In this document: piece after piece, positions 36,724 to 46,419 of the stretch
Position numbering within the stretch: position 1 is the stretch's first letter
Layout of the letters: each line of letters starts with the position of its first letter
IMG/VR virus record: IMGVR_UViG_3300046507_000547
Strand: one strand, 5' to 3'
Length of the DNA: 64,000 bases
DNA from: an uncultured virus (IMG/VR IMGVR_UViG_3300046507_000547)
Taxonomy: Duplodnaviria > Heunggongvirae > Uroviricota > Caudoviricetes
The notes under the pieces: generated by a model
What the model was told of the DNA's origin: nothing
Seen by the model: only the letters and a program-made list of their open reading frames with translations
The model's database searches: none
Made by a program: the position numbers and the translations under genes

Positions 36724-37377
36724 ATGCACGACCACGCCCCTGTTGACGACGGCTACATCTGGCCGGTCTGCGACCCCTGCGGACGGGACCTCCGCCACGA
36801 CGAACTCGGCCGCCGCGCCTGCCGGCTGTGCCAGGACCGTGTCGACCTCGCGCTCCGCCAACTGCCCGGACCCGACGGCCTATACGCCCAACTTGCCACC
36901 CGGCTCACCCCCGGCAGCGGTGGCGGCATCGGCCCCGTCTCCGGATCCCGCACCGCACCGCTCCCGCTCCGACTGGAACCCCTGTCGCTCATGGCCCGCG
37001 GCGGTGTCGTCACCGTCCTGCAGGCCTGGCAGGTCGACTGGCACGAGCTCCTCGGCTGGCCCCATCCGCGATGGCAGGGCGACCTCCAGCAGCAACTCGA
37101 CAACGTGGTCAGGGCCTTGCGCGTCAACCTCGAATGGGCGGCCACCGAACACCCCGCCTTCGGTGACTTCGCTCGGGAGACCGTCAGTCTGGTCCGGCAG
37201 TGCGAACGTCAGGTCACCGGTGAACGCAAGGAGCGACCCATCCCCGTTGCCTGCCCGTGTGGAACCGTCCTGCACGTCACCGTGTCCATGCCTGGAATGC
37301 GCTGTCGAGGCTGTAGCGCGCAGTACACGCGCACCGAAGCCTTCGACCTGCCGCTTGCCACCCGCGCCGCAGCCTGA
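36724..37377 (+). CDS. Zn-finger protein, putative late-gene activator/antiterminator
   Basis: CxxC clusters at both ends; position just before the late promoter. Confidence 0.65.
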   Translation: MHDHAPVDDGYIWPVCDPCGRDLRHDELGRRACRLCQDRVDLALRQLPGPDGLYAQLATRLTPGSGGGIGPVSGSRTAPLPLRLEPLSLMARGGVVTVLQAWQVDWHELLGWPHPRWQGDLQQQLDNVVRALRVNLEWAATEHPAFGDFARETVSLVRQCERQVTGERKERPIPVACPCGTVLHVTVSMPGMRCRGCSAQYTRTEAFDLPLATRAAA

Positions 37378-37397
37378 ACAGAACCCTCAACGACAAC

Positions 37398-37479
37398 TTG
37401 ACAGTTCACCTGCACCGAAGCGATGATCTGCTCAAATAGCCTTCGTGCGCTTGAGGCCCACCAACACTGGTGGGCCTCA
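37398..37479 (+). promoter_or_regulatory. late promoter followed by leader hairpin
   Basis: TTGACA(37398)-N18-GATGAT(37422); hairpin TGAGGCCCACCA-ACAC-TGGTGGGCCTCA at 37452-37479. Confidence 0.55.
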
Positions 37480-37500
37480 GTCATATCCAGGGGGTGAACG

Positions 37501-37728
37501 ATGCCCCTCGCACTCGTCTCCGCAGAAGACGCCGCCTGGTACACGGGGCGGCCCGTAGGCACGATCTGGCGGTGGGCGTCCGAAGGTCGCATCGGCCGAT
37601 ACGGCACCGGCAAAGCCGTGCGCTACAACGTGCACGAACTACCCGGCAGGACAGTCGACGAACTCACCGGCGAAGTCCACCTCGGCGATCCGCCACCCAT
37701 GCCGCAGCGTGCACCCAAGGCCGCCTGA
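37501..37728 (+). CDS. MerR/Xis-like HTH protein
   Basis: VSAEDAAWYTGRPVGTIWRWASEGRI. Confidence 0.7.
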   Translation: MPLALVSAEDAAWYTGRPVGTIWRWASEGRIGRYGTGKAVRYNVHELPGRTVDELTGEVHLGDPPPMPQRAPKAA

Positions 37729-37813
37729 GACCGGGGCGGTCCGTTCATGCCGTCCCGATGCCCCGTCGCCCTTCGCCCCCGTGGGGCGGCGGGGCTTCAC
37801 TCCGGAGGTGCCC

Positions 37814-37960
37814 ATGCTGGAAGTGTTCTGCTACACGGTCGGCTTCGTGCTCCTCGCACTGGCCGCCCTGCTTCCCGCCACCGCCCCGCGCGACCGCATC
37901 GCCTACGCGGGGCTTGCGTTCCGGCTGCTGCCCACCACAGTGCACGCACTGCAGAGGTAG
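37814..37960 (+). CDS. small two-TM membrane protein
   Basis: GGAGG SD; hydrophobic. Confidence 0.55.
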   Translation: MLEVFCYTVGFVLLALAALLPATAPRDRIAYAGLAFRLLPTTVHALQR

Positions 37961-37962
37961 CT

Positions 37963-38250
37963 GTGGCGTACAGCAAAGGCCGCGCTGGTACCGCGTGGAA
38001 CAAGCTGCGCGCCCAGGTCTTCGCTGAGGAGACGCACTGCTGGTGGTGTAACGAGTACGTCGACCAGGAGCTGCCGCGTACTCATCCCATGAGTCGCACC
38101 GTCGACCACGTTGTCGAGCTGTGGCAGGGCGGCGATCCGCTCGACCGGGCCAACTGCCGCCTCAGTCACCGCAGATGTAATACGCGCAAGTCCAATCAGA
38201 TGCGTGCCAGGCCGAAGCCTCGCTTCACGGTCCAGGCGTCAGGGCTGTAG
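37963..38250 (+). CDS. HNH endonuclease (packaging-associated, HK97 gp74-like position)
   Basis: CWWC...TVDHVV...NCRLSHRRCN. Confidence 0.85.
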   Translation: MAYSKGRAGTAWNKLRAQVFAEETHCWWCNEYVDQELPRTHPMSRTVDHVVELWQGGDPLDRANCRLSHRRCNTRKSNQMRARPKPRFTVQASGL

Positions 38251-38345
38251 CAGCCCACCCCACATAGACACCCTGCGGCCAGCTACCGCAGGCAGGAAGC
38301 CCCGAGTCTCCCGGCTCGGGGCTTCCGCATTTCCGGGAGAAGGCC

Positions 38346-39338
38346 ATGGCGAAGAAGCCAGACACCCCGTGCGCTGGAGGATGCGGCAAGCTCCTGTGGA
38401 GCGGACGTACATCCCTTCCAGCAGGACAGCGCAGATGCCGGGACTGCCGGAGAAGCGCACAATCGACCGCCACCACGCAGAAGTGCGGCAGGTGCAAACA
38501 GATGCTGCCGCTCGAATCGTTCACCCGATCCAGCCTGGGACAGCCGGGTGCCTGGTGCAGGCTGTGTCGCATTCAGTACACGCGGGCCCGCTACTGCGCA
38601 ACAGCAGGGCTGAACCCGCGCATGCGGCCGTGCAGTGACTGCGATGGGGCGACGACCCGTCGCGCTACGGCATACGGCAGGCTATGTGCAGAGTGTGCAG
38701 AGGTCCGCCGTAGAACGCGCAACTCAAGGAAGCACAGCAAGCGGCGGACTGCTCAACGCTTCACGGACATAACCGCGGCGTTCGAACGTCAGCTGAGGAA
38801 ACAGGCACAGTGCTGCCCGCTATGCGCCACACGGTTGACTGACGCACCCCGCCAACCGAACAGCAAGAACCTAGACCACATCGTCCCCATCTGCGTGGGT
38901 GGCACGCACACCATGGGGAACGTGCGGATCATCTGCAGGACATGCAATCTGACTCGCCCTAAGGACGGATCGGATGTCACTGATGGTCAGCTAGAGCAGT
39001 GGGCTCGGGACGTCCAGTGTGTCGATGAGATCACGGCGAGGATCAGGGCGAGCATCGAGACGAGGGCAGCAAGCAAGACGTGCCGATGCGGAAGGCTGAT
39101 GGTCAAGCAGTCCTGCCCGGAGTGCCCCATCCGCCTCGAAGCCCAGAGGCGGCGATCCCAACTCGGGCGTGACGCTGCTCGATTGAGGGCCGAGGGTCTG
39201 AAGTGGCGTGAGATCAGTCAGGCCCTGCGGCTGAGCGGCACGGGGACCACGTACCAGTTGGCCTGGCAGTACGGAGCCCCCGAAGTGAGGGCGCAGTGGC
39301 CCAGGGATCGCAGATGGATCACAGCAGAAGCCGCCTGA
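38346..39338 (+). CDS. HNH homing endonuclease with Zn ribbons and C-terminal HTH
   Basis: LDHIVPICVGGTHTMGNVRIICRTCN; atypical codon usage. Confidence 0.85.
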   Translation: MAKKPDTPCAGGCGKLLWSGRTSLPAGQRRCRDCRRSAQSTATTQKCGRCKQMLPLESFTRSSLGQPGAWCRLCRIQYTRARYCATAGLNPRMRPCSDCDGATTRRATAYGRLCAECAEVRRRTRNSRKHSKRRTAQRFTDITAAFERQLRKQAQCCPLCATRLTDAPRQPNSKNLDHIVPICVGGTHTMGNVRIICRTCNLTRPKDGSDVTDGQLEQWARDVQCVDEITARIRASIETRAASKTCRCGRLMVKQSCPECPIRLEAQRRRSQLGRDAARLRAEGLKWREISQALRLSGTGTTYQLAWQYGAPEVRAQWPRDRRWITAEAA

Positions 39339-39339
39339 C

Positions 39340-39460
39340 CTGCGGAAACGTGCTCGCATGTCCGGGATGTCCGTTTTTTGATTTGATCATGGTTTGACCC
39401 GACCCCCACCTGAATCCCCCCTCCCCCCGCTGTTTTTTCACAGGGCAAGATGATCATGGG
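39340..39460. other. candidate cos/packaging site
   Basis: intergenic region upstream of terS with T-tracts flanking a C-rich core; abrupt switch to G/T-rich + strand. Confidence 0.45.
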
Positions 39461-39470
39461 GTGGTGGGTA

Positions 39471-39860
39471 ATGCCTTCAGATTTCCCGCCTGGTCTCGGT
39501 GAACGAGGTTCCCGGCTCTGGCGGGAGGCTTCGGCGTCTTGGTCTCTGACTCCAGCGCACTCGGTGCTATTGGAGGAGGCTTGCCGTATCGCCGACCGGC
39601 TCGATGTGCTCAACTCCATAATCCTGCGGGTGTCTTCGCAGGTCAATGGGGATGACGACGAGTCTTCGGGTGAATCCGTAGACATCTCGGGGGTATTGGC
39701 GGAGTCCCGGCAGCAGGCGACTGCTCTTCGGGGTCTTATCGCCGAGATTCGGCAGGGCCAGAAGGGCACTACTGCGGTTCCGGCAGAGACGTCTGGGGGT
39801 TCGGGTGTCTCGGACCTCTCGGCGCGAATCGCGGAAAGGCGCAAGCAAGCCCAGGGTTGA
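39471..39860 (+). CDS. terS: terminase small subunit
   Basis: PPGLGERGSRLW..LLEEACRIADRLD; position before terL. Confidence 0.75.
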   Translation: MPSDFPPGLGERGSRLWREASASWSLTPAHSVLLEEACRIADRLDVLNSIILRVSSQVNGDDDESSGESVDISGVLAESRQQATALRGLIAEIRQGQKGTTAVPAETSGGSGVSDLSARIAERRKQAQG

Positions 39861-41337
39861 GCTGTCGCCGCCTTACGAGTACACGCTCGGCCCGGAGGCG
39901 TGCGAGCTGGCGAAGCGAGCCGGCCTGGTCGCGGATCCGTGGCAGGCGGATGCGGTGAATCTGATGCTGGCCTGCCGCGATGACGGCAAGTGGGCGTGTT
40001 ACGAGTACGGGGAGATCGTGGCCCGGCAGAACGGAAAGGGCTCGATCCTCGAGATCCGGGCTCTGGCCGGGTTTCTGCTGCTGGGCGAGCAGCTGATCAT
40101 GTGGTCGGCGCACGAGTACAAGACGTCGATGGAGGCGTTCCGGCGGTGTCGGACGCTGCTGCGGCGACTGGGCAAGCAGGTCAACCCGAATAACGAGAAC
40201 CTGTGGGACGTCGACGGTGTTCTCGTCAAGGTCGTCAACACGAACGGCGAGGAAGGCTTCGAGCGTCTCGACACTGAGGCCCGCATCAAGTTCGTGGCCC
40301 GCAGCAAGGGTTCGGGCCGTGGCTTCTCCGGTGACCTGGTCATCATCGACGAGTCGTTCGCATTCACGGCGGAGCAGCAGGACGCGCTGATGCCCGCGAT
40401 GGCGGCCCGCCCGAACGCGCAGATCATCTACACCTCGTCGCCGCCGCTGAACGGCGAGTCCGGCGAGGTCATGTTCAACCTGAAGCGCCGGGCGGATGCG
40501 GGCGGCGACGACAGTCTGGGCTGGCGGGACTGGGGCATCGAGGGCGACCTCGACCATCTCGATGACCTGGACTTGGACGACCGCAGTTTGTGGGCGGCGT
40601 CGAATCCGGCGCTGGGGATGCGGCTGACGGAGGAGACGATCCTGCGTGAGCGCCGCTCGATGGGCAACGCAGGCTTTGCGCGGGAGCGGCTGTGTATCTG
40701 GCCGAAGATCTCGCAGGGCAACACGGTCGTGGATCCGGCGGCGTGGGCGCGACTGACGGATGGCGGGTCGCAGCGCGATCGCGAGGGCGGCGTAGCGCTC
40801 GGCATCGACATCTCGCCGCTCAGGGATTACGCCGCGGTGTGCGTGTACGGGCTGCGCGAGGACGGTCTCGGCCATGTGCAGCTCGCGGACTATCGGCCGG
40901 GTACGAAGTGGCTGATCCCGCGGCTGGTGGAGCTGCGGGAGGCTCTGGAGCCGGTGGCGCTCGCGATGGGGCGCGGCACGTTCGCGTTCCTGGAGACGGC
41001 CCTGGATAAGGCGGGGTTTCAGCGGCCGGAGGATTCGGAGGCGCCGGCATCGGGCGATCTGGCGGTGACGAACGCGGTCGACATGGCCGCGGCGGCCGGC
41101 CAGTTGCTGGAGGCGGTCCGCGAGGAGTCGTTCCGTGTGGTGCCGAACCGGCATCTGGACGTGTCGGTCGCCTCGGCGAAGACCAGGACGACCGGCGAGA
41201 CGATCGCGTGGACGACGAAGGGCGTGGAGGGCGACATCAGCCCCCTTGTGGCGATGACGCTTGCCCGCTGGTCCTACATGACCCGCTCCCACCTGCTTGA
41301 GGGCAGCCAGTACGACGTTCTGCAATCGGTGTTCTGA
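39805..41337 (+). CDS. terL: terminase large subunit
   Basis: DPWQ, VARQNGKG (Walker A), LVIIDES (Walker B), SNPALG, FARERL, DISPLVA; start approximate. Confidence 0.93.
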   Translation: MSRTSRRESRKGASKPRVELSPPYEYTLGPEACELAKRAGLVADPWQADAVNLMLACRDDGKWACYEYGEIVARQNGKGSILEIRALAGFLLLGEQLIMWSAHEYKTSMEAFRRCRTLLRRLGKQVNPNNENLWDVDGVLVKVVNTNGEEGFERLDTEARIKFVARSKGSGRGFSGDLVIIDESFAFTAEQQDALMPAMAARPNAQIIYTSSPPLNGESGEVMFNLKRRADAGGDDSLGWRDWGIEGDLDHLDDLDLDDRSLWAASNPALGMRLTEETILRERRSMGNAGFARERLCIWPKISQGNTVVDPAAWARLTDGGSQRDREGGVALGIDISPLRDYAAVCVYGLREDGLGHVQLADYRPGTKWLIPRLVELREALEPVALAMGRGTFAFLETALDKAGFQRPEDSEAPASGDLAVTNAVDMAAAAGQLLEAVREESFRVVPNRHLDVSVASAKTRTTGETIAWTTKGVEGDISPLVAMTLARWSYMTRSHLLEGSQYDVLQSVF

Positions 41338-41352
41338 CGGAGGGGGTACATC

Positions 41353-42597
41353 ATGCGCAATCCCCTTCGTGGGCTGTTGCGGCGCGACGGCGAGAAGCGG
41401 GCGATCGACTCGTCCACGGTGTCGTGGCCGTCGGATCCGCTCGCCTCGCCGGCGGCTCTCAATGAGGACGGCGCACTGCGGCTCGGCCCGGTGCTCGCGG
41501 CTGGCCGGCTGCTGGCGGCGACGATTTCCGGGATGCCGCTGTGTGTGTACCGGCAGATGGGGGACGCGAAGCAGGCGCTGTCGCTGCCGAGTCTGTTCAC
41601 GCAGCCGTGCGCGCAGGGCACGCTGCATGACTGGGTGTTCCGGGCGGTGACGTCGCTCGCCTACCGCGGCAACGCTGTCGGTGTGATCACCGCGCGGGAC
41701 TATCTGGAGTATCCGGTCGAGATCGAGTGGCTGGACCCGGCGTTCGTGCTGTGCGAGGACCGGATGGCGTCGATGGGCGAGCCTGGCTCGTTCACGAACC
41801 CGAAGTTCTCGTACCTGGGGGAGCGGCTGCCGAACGAGGATGTCGTGCACATCCCGTGGTTTCAGCTTCCGGGCCGAGTGTGGGGGCTCAGCCCGATCGG
41901 TGCTTACGCGACGACCGTGTCGACGGGCTTGGCGGCGCAGCAATTCTCGGACGACTGGTTTCGTAGCGGCGGTGTTCCGCCGGGCCGTTTCAAGAGCACG
42001 ACGCAGACCGTCGACCAGTCGGAAGCCAACATCATCAAGCGGCGGCTGGTGCAGTCGATCCGGTCGCACGAGCCGATCGTGTACGGCAAGGACTGGGACT
42101 ACGAGCCGGTCACCGTCAGTCCGAACGAGGCGCAGTTCGTGCAGACGATGCGCCTGACCGCGTCGACGATCGCCTCGATCTACGGGATCCCGCCGGAGAT
42201 GATCGGCGGCGAGACCGGCGGATCGATGTCCTACAGCTCGCCCGAGCAGCGGCAGATCGAACTCGTGCAGTTCAGCCTGCTGCCGTGGCTGGCCCTGCTG
42301 GAGTCGCACCTGTCGACCCTGCTGCCCCGCGGCCAGTACGTGAAGTTCGACCCCGACGTGCTCATCCGTGCCGACCTGGCGACCCGGTTCGAAGTCCACG
42401 AGAAGAAGCGCCTCATCGGCTGGGACAACATCGACGGCCTGCGCGCCCTGGAGGACGAGCCGCCGCTCCCGAACGGCGCCGGATCCGACTACACGCCGCT
42501 GCCGATTGCCGCCGGCGCCACGATCTCGCCTCCTGCTATCCGCAGTGATGACCCGGGGCCGTTGCGCCTCATCCGAAAGGACGGCACCGATGGTTGA
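41353..42597 (+). CDS. HK97-family portal protein
   Basis: YRGNA, GLSPI, AQFVQT...IASIYGIPPEMIG, LLPWL. Confidence 0.95.
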   Translation: MRNPLRGLLRRDGEKRAIDSSTVSWPSDPLASPAALNEDGALRLGPVLAAGRLLAATISGMPLCVYRQMGDAKQALSLPSLFTQPCAQGTLHDWVFRAVTSLAYRGNAVGVITARDYLEYPVEIEWLDPAFVLCEDRMASMGEPGSFTNPKFSYLGERLPNEDVVHIPWFQLPGRVWGLSPIGAYATTVSTGLAAQQFSDDWFRSGGVPPGRFKSTTQTVDQSEANIIKRRLVQSIRSHEPIVYGKDWDYEPVTVSPNEAQFVQTMRLTASTIASIYGIPPEMIGGETGGSMSYSSPEQRQIELVQFSLLPWLALLESHLSTLLPRGQYVKFDPDVLIRADLATRFEVHEKKRLIGWDNIDGLRALEDEPPLPNGAGSDYTPLPIAAGATISPPAIRSDDPGPLRLIRKDGTDG

Positions 42598-43636
42598 CCG
42601 GCACCAGCTGCGTGATTCGCCCGAGCGGCGTTCAATCGCCGCGGACGGCTTCGAGATCCGCAGCACGGGCGATGGCTTGACGCTCACTGGGTACGCGTCC
42701 GTCTTCGACAACGGCTACGAGGTCCTCGGCGGTCCTCCCTATGGGTGGGTTGAGCGGGTCGACAAGCGGGCGTTCAACACCACGCTGGCCGCGAAGCCGG
42801 ACCTGCACCTGCTCATCAACCACGAGGGCATGCCTCTCGCGAGGACGAAGAGCGGCACGCTGCGCCTGTCCACCGACTCCAAGGGCCTCCTCGTGGAGGC
42901 GGACCTGGACCGCCGGGACCCGGACGTGCAGCGTCTGGAGACCAAGATGGAACGTGGCGACATGGACGAGATGTCGTTCGCGTTCCGCGTGAAGGCCGAC
43001 CAGTGGTCGGACGACGACACCGAGCGGACCCTGACCGAGGTGTCCCTCCACAAGGGCGACGTCAGCGTCGTGAATTTCGGCGCTAACCCGGCCACCAGCG
43101 CGCAGCTCAACAGCGCGGCCGACGCCCTTGAGGTGCTCGCCAAGCTCGACCCTGAGGCGGCCATGGCCGAGCTTCGCTCCGGCGGAGTCGACCTGGAACG
43201 CCTGACCCGAGCCCGCGACAACGTGGCGGCGATGCACCGGCAGATGAAGCCGGAACGCAGGGCGCCCGGACGGCTGTCGCTGGCCGAGGCGCGCGCCATC
43301 GCGGACGGCGACGTCTCGGTGCAGTTCTCCCCGCAGATCCCGGCCCATCGGACGGATGTTTCCACCGAGCCCGGCTTCGACCGCCGCGGCGCCGCGGCAG
43401 GTGCGGCTGGAAACCCGACCGTCCTTCGCTACATGCACGCCTGGGTCGACCCCAGCGGCGATCCGGAGTCCCCGGACTCCTACCGGTTTGCTCACCATGA
43501 GCCGCGCATCGGCGCGCCGGCGAACCTGCCTGCGGTTCGGCATGCGCTGTCGCTGCTGCCGCAGGCCGACATGGACGCCGATCAGAAGGCGGCCATCGAG
43601 CGGCACCTGCGGCGTCACCTCGAAGAAGCCGGCTGA
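42590..43636 (+). CDS. HK97-family prohead protease with C-terminal extension
   Basis: GYASVF, LLINH, MSFAF, DVSVVNFGANPAT. Confidence 0.92.
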   Translation: MVDRHQLRDSPERRSIAADGFEIRSTGDGLTLTGYASVFDNGYEVLGGPPYGWVERVDKRAFNTTLAAKPDLHLLINHEGMPLARTKSGTLRLSTDSKGLLVEADLDRRDPDVQRLETKMERGDMDEMSFAFRVKADQWSDDDTERTLTEVSLHKGDVSVVNFGANPATSAQLNSAADALEVLAKLDPEAAMAELRSGGVDLERLTRARDNVAAMHRQMKPERRAPGRLSLAEARAIADGDVSVQFSPQIPAHRTDVSTEPGFDRRGAAAGAAGNPTVLRYMHAWVDPSGDPESPDSYRFAHHEPRIGAPANLPAVRHALSLLPQADMDADQKAAIERHLRRHLEEAG

Positions 43637-43780
43637 GTCCGGCGTATCTCTCTGATCTTTCCGTGATCTGGCACTGATCACGGCTGCTGTCGCGCGCCTG
43701 GCACTGGCGGTCCGACGGCTCATCACGGCCCGGCACGGGCCGCCGTCACGATCCACCACATCCAGGAATGGAGACTCGTC

Positions 43781-45175
43781 ATGGCTGACGAGCGTTTCAA
43801 GCGGCTGGTCGCCAAGCGCGAGCAGACTGCCCGCGAGCGCGAGGAGATCCTCGCCAAGCGGAAGGCCATCACCGACCTCGCCGAGGAGGAGGCCCGCGAG
43901 GACCTCCTTCCCGAAGAGGACACCGAGTTCCGCGAGTTCACGGCCCAGGTTGCCACACTGGACGAGCAGCTTCGGGCCCTCGACGAGCGCATCAAGGAAC
44001 TGTCCGACGAGGCGGAGCGCTCGCGCACCGTCACCGAGGGCGCCGCCGCGGTCAAGCGGGCCCGCGCCCGCGTCGAGACCGTCAGCGAGGCCCGCACCTA
44101 CGAGCGCGGCAACGGCCGCTCCTACCTGCAGGACCTCGCCCGCGTCCAGCTCAACATGGACGCAGACGGCGGCGCCCGCGAGCGGCTGCAGCGGCACGCG
44201 CAGGACGTGGCCACCGGCCAGGAGTACCGCGACCTCACCCGCACCGACGGCAACGGCGGCTACTTCGTCCCGCCGCTGTGGCTGATGAACCAGTACGTGG
44301 ACCTGGCCCGTGCGGGCCGTGCCTACGCGAACATCGTCAACAACCAGCCGCTGCCCGGCGGTACGGACAGCATCAACATTCCGAAGGTCGCCACCGGCAC
44401 CGCCACGGCCGTCCAGACCGCGGACAACGGCGCGGTTCAGGAAACGGACCTGACGGACACGTTCATCAATGCGCCGGTTCGCACGATCGCTGGCCAGCAG
44501 GACGTGGCCATTCAGCTCCTCGACCAGAGTCCCGTCAGCTTCGACGAGGTCATCTTCCGGGACCTGGTGGCGGACCACGCGACGAAGACCGACCTGCAGG
44601 TCATCTCCGGTTCGGGTTCGGCGGGTCAGGTGACGGGTGTCCGGGCCACGTCCGGTATCACCACGATCACCTACACGGACGCGACGCCGACCGTTGCGAA
44701 GCTGTACAGCAAGATCGCGGATGCGGTGCAGCGGGTTCACACCCTGCGCTTCATGGCGCCGACCGCGATCGTGATGCACCCGCGCCGGTGGGCGTACCTG
44801 CTGGCCGCGTCGGACGGCAACGGGCGCCCGCTTGTCGTCCCGGACGCCGGGAACCCGCAGAACGCGGTGGCCACGCTCGGGTCGGTCGCCTCGCAGCAGG
44901 TCGTCGGACAGATGCACGGCCTGCCGGTCATCACCGACCCGTCCATGCCGACCACGCTGGGTGCGGGCACGAACGAGGATGTCGTTCACGTTCTGCGGGC
45001 GAGTGACGTCCTGCTGTACGAGTCGGGCCTGCGTTCCCGGGTGCTGCCCGACGTCGGCTCGGGCACCCTGACGGTCCGCCTGCAGGTGTACGGCTACCTC
45101 GCGTTCACGGCGGCCCGCTACCCCGCGAGCGTCGTCGAGGTGACGGGAACCGGTCTCGTCGCACCCACATTCTAG
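43781..45175 (+). CDS. HK97-fold major capsid protein (with delta/scaffold coiled coil)
   Basis: N-terminal coiled coil, GGYFVPP, IVMHPRRW, GLPVITD. Confidence 0.95.
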   Translation: MADERFKRLVAKREQTAREREEILAKRKAITDLAEEEAREDLLPEEDTEFREFTAQVATLDEQLRALDERIKELSDEAERSRTVTEGAAAVKRARARVETVSEARTYERGNGRSYLQDLARVQLNMDADGGARERLQRHAQDVATGQEYRDLTRTDGNGGYFVPPLWLMNQYVDLARAGRAYANIVNNQPLPGGTDSINIPKVATGTATAVQTADNGAVQETDLTDTFINAPVRTIAGQQDVAIQLLDQSPVSFDEVIFRDLVADHATKTDLQVISGSGSAGQVTGVRATSGITTITYTDATPTVAKLYSKIADAVQRVHTLRFMAPTAIVMHPRRWAYLLAASDGNGRPLVVPDAGNPQNAVATLGSVASQQVVGQMHGLPVITDPSMPTTLGAGTNEDVVHVLRASDVLLYESGLRSRVLPDVGSGTLTVRLQVYGYLAFTAARYPASVVEVTGTGLVAPTF

Positions 45176-45235
45176 GCCATATCGGAAATGTGAGATGGGG
45201 TCGGATCGGCGGGTCCGGCCCCTGACGGGGGTGCC

Positions 45236-45736
45236 ATGCAGGACGAGAAGCAGTTCACGCCGCACGCCGAACTCGGCTGGCTGTCGTGGGACGAGTGGTC
45301 GCCAGAGCAGGACTTCTGCCGCTTCGTCGGCATGCTCCAGCGCATGCTGCAGCCGGCGGTTGTCGTCGAGACCGGTGTCGGCGTGGGCCGCATTACGGAG
45401 CATCTCGACCTGGACGGCTGCCAGTTTCACGGGTTCGAGTCGGATCCAGCATGGCGCAGGCCACCAGCCGACCCCGTGCTGGAGACGCCGAGCTGGATGT
45501 ACATGACGAGCGCCGACTTGGTGATCCTCGACTCGGATCCGAATTTCCGGTTCGCCGAGCTCGAACTGTGGGTCGAGCACGGCAAGGCGGGTTCTGTGGT
45601 CGTCGTTCACGATGCGGGAAACGGCCACGATCCGGCGACGCTGCATTCCCGGATCGGCTTCGCGTGCGCCTGCACCAGCATGCCGGGCGTCTTCCTGAAG
45701 AATCCGCGCGGCGGCTGGATGGGGGTACACCTGTGA
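45236..45736 (+). CDS. class I SAM-dependent methyltransferase-like protein
   Basis: PAVVVETGVGVG, DLVILDS, GSVVVVHDA. Confidence 0.7.
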   Translation: MQDEKQFTPHAELGWLSWDEWSPEQDFCRFVGMLQRMLQPAVVVETGVGVGRITEHLDLDGCQFHGFESDPAWRRPPADPVLETPSWMYMTSADLVILDSDPNFRFAELELWVEHGKAGSVVVVHDAGNGHDPATLHSRIGFACACTSMPGVFLKNPRGGWMGVHL

Positions 45737-46419
45737 GAATCATCGGGCTGCTGTCCTGGTACGAGGAGCCCGCGTCGTGGCTCGCCGAGTGTGTGGCCAG
45801 CGCGGCACGCCTATGCGACCACCTGATCGCGGTCGACGGCCCCTACGCGCTGTTCCCTGGCGCGGTGCGCAAGCCCGCCTCGGGCGGCGAGCAGGCGGAG
45901 ACGATCGCCCACACGGCCGCTGGCGCCGGGATGGGCTGCACGATCCATACGTCACGGCAGCCGTGGTGGGGCAACGAGGTCGAGAAGCGCGACTTCATGT
46001 TCCGCCTCGCCTCGACGATGGCGGAACCGGGGGACTGGTTCCTGCGGATCGATGCCGACGAGGTGCTCACGCGGGTGCCCGCTGATACGCGGACGCTGCT
46101 GGCGGCGACGGCGCTGGACGTTGCCGAGGTCACCATGTGGGAGCGCGACGACCTCGACAGCCAGTTCCCGCTGCGGGTCCTGTTCCGTGCCCTCCCCGGC
46201 ATCGGCATCCAGCAGGCCCACTACGTGGTGACTGCCCCCGGCGAGTCCGGGACGCGGGTGCTGTGCGGCAACGACATCAAGCATCGCGCGGAGCCGGCCG
46301 AGTCGCTGTGGGACGTGCGAATGGAGCACCGGACCCGGCAGCGGTCGCCGCTGCGCAGGCGGCTCAAAGACGACTACTACGCGAAGCTGCCGGAGATCGA
46401 GCAGGTGAGGGAGCTATGA
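45733..46419 (+). CDS. GT-A/GT2-like glycosyltransferase
   Basis: DHLIAVDG, EKRD, DWFLRIDADE (DxD), MEH. Confidence 0.75.
   Translation: MRIIGLLSWYEEPASWLAECVASAARLCDHLIAVDGPYALFPGAVRKPASGGEQAETIAHTAAGAGMGCTIHTSRQPWWGNEVEKRDFMFRLASTMAEPGDWFLRIDADEVLTRVPADTRTLLAATALDVAEVTMWERDDLDSQFPLRVLFRALPGIGIQQAHYVVTAPGESGTRVLCGNDIKHRAEPAESLWDVRMEHRTRQRSPLRRRLKDDYYAKLPEIEQVREL

Noticed and set aside
39769..45730. 980-aa and 1032-aa minus ORFs
   Set aside because: Antisense to terminase, portal, protease and capsid; caused by GC3 bias.
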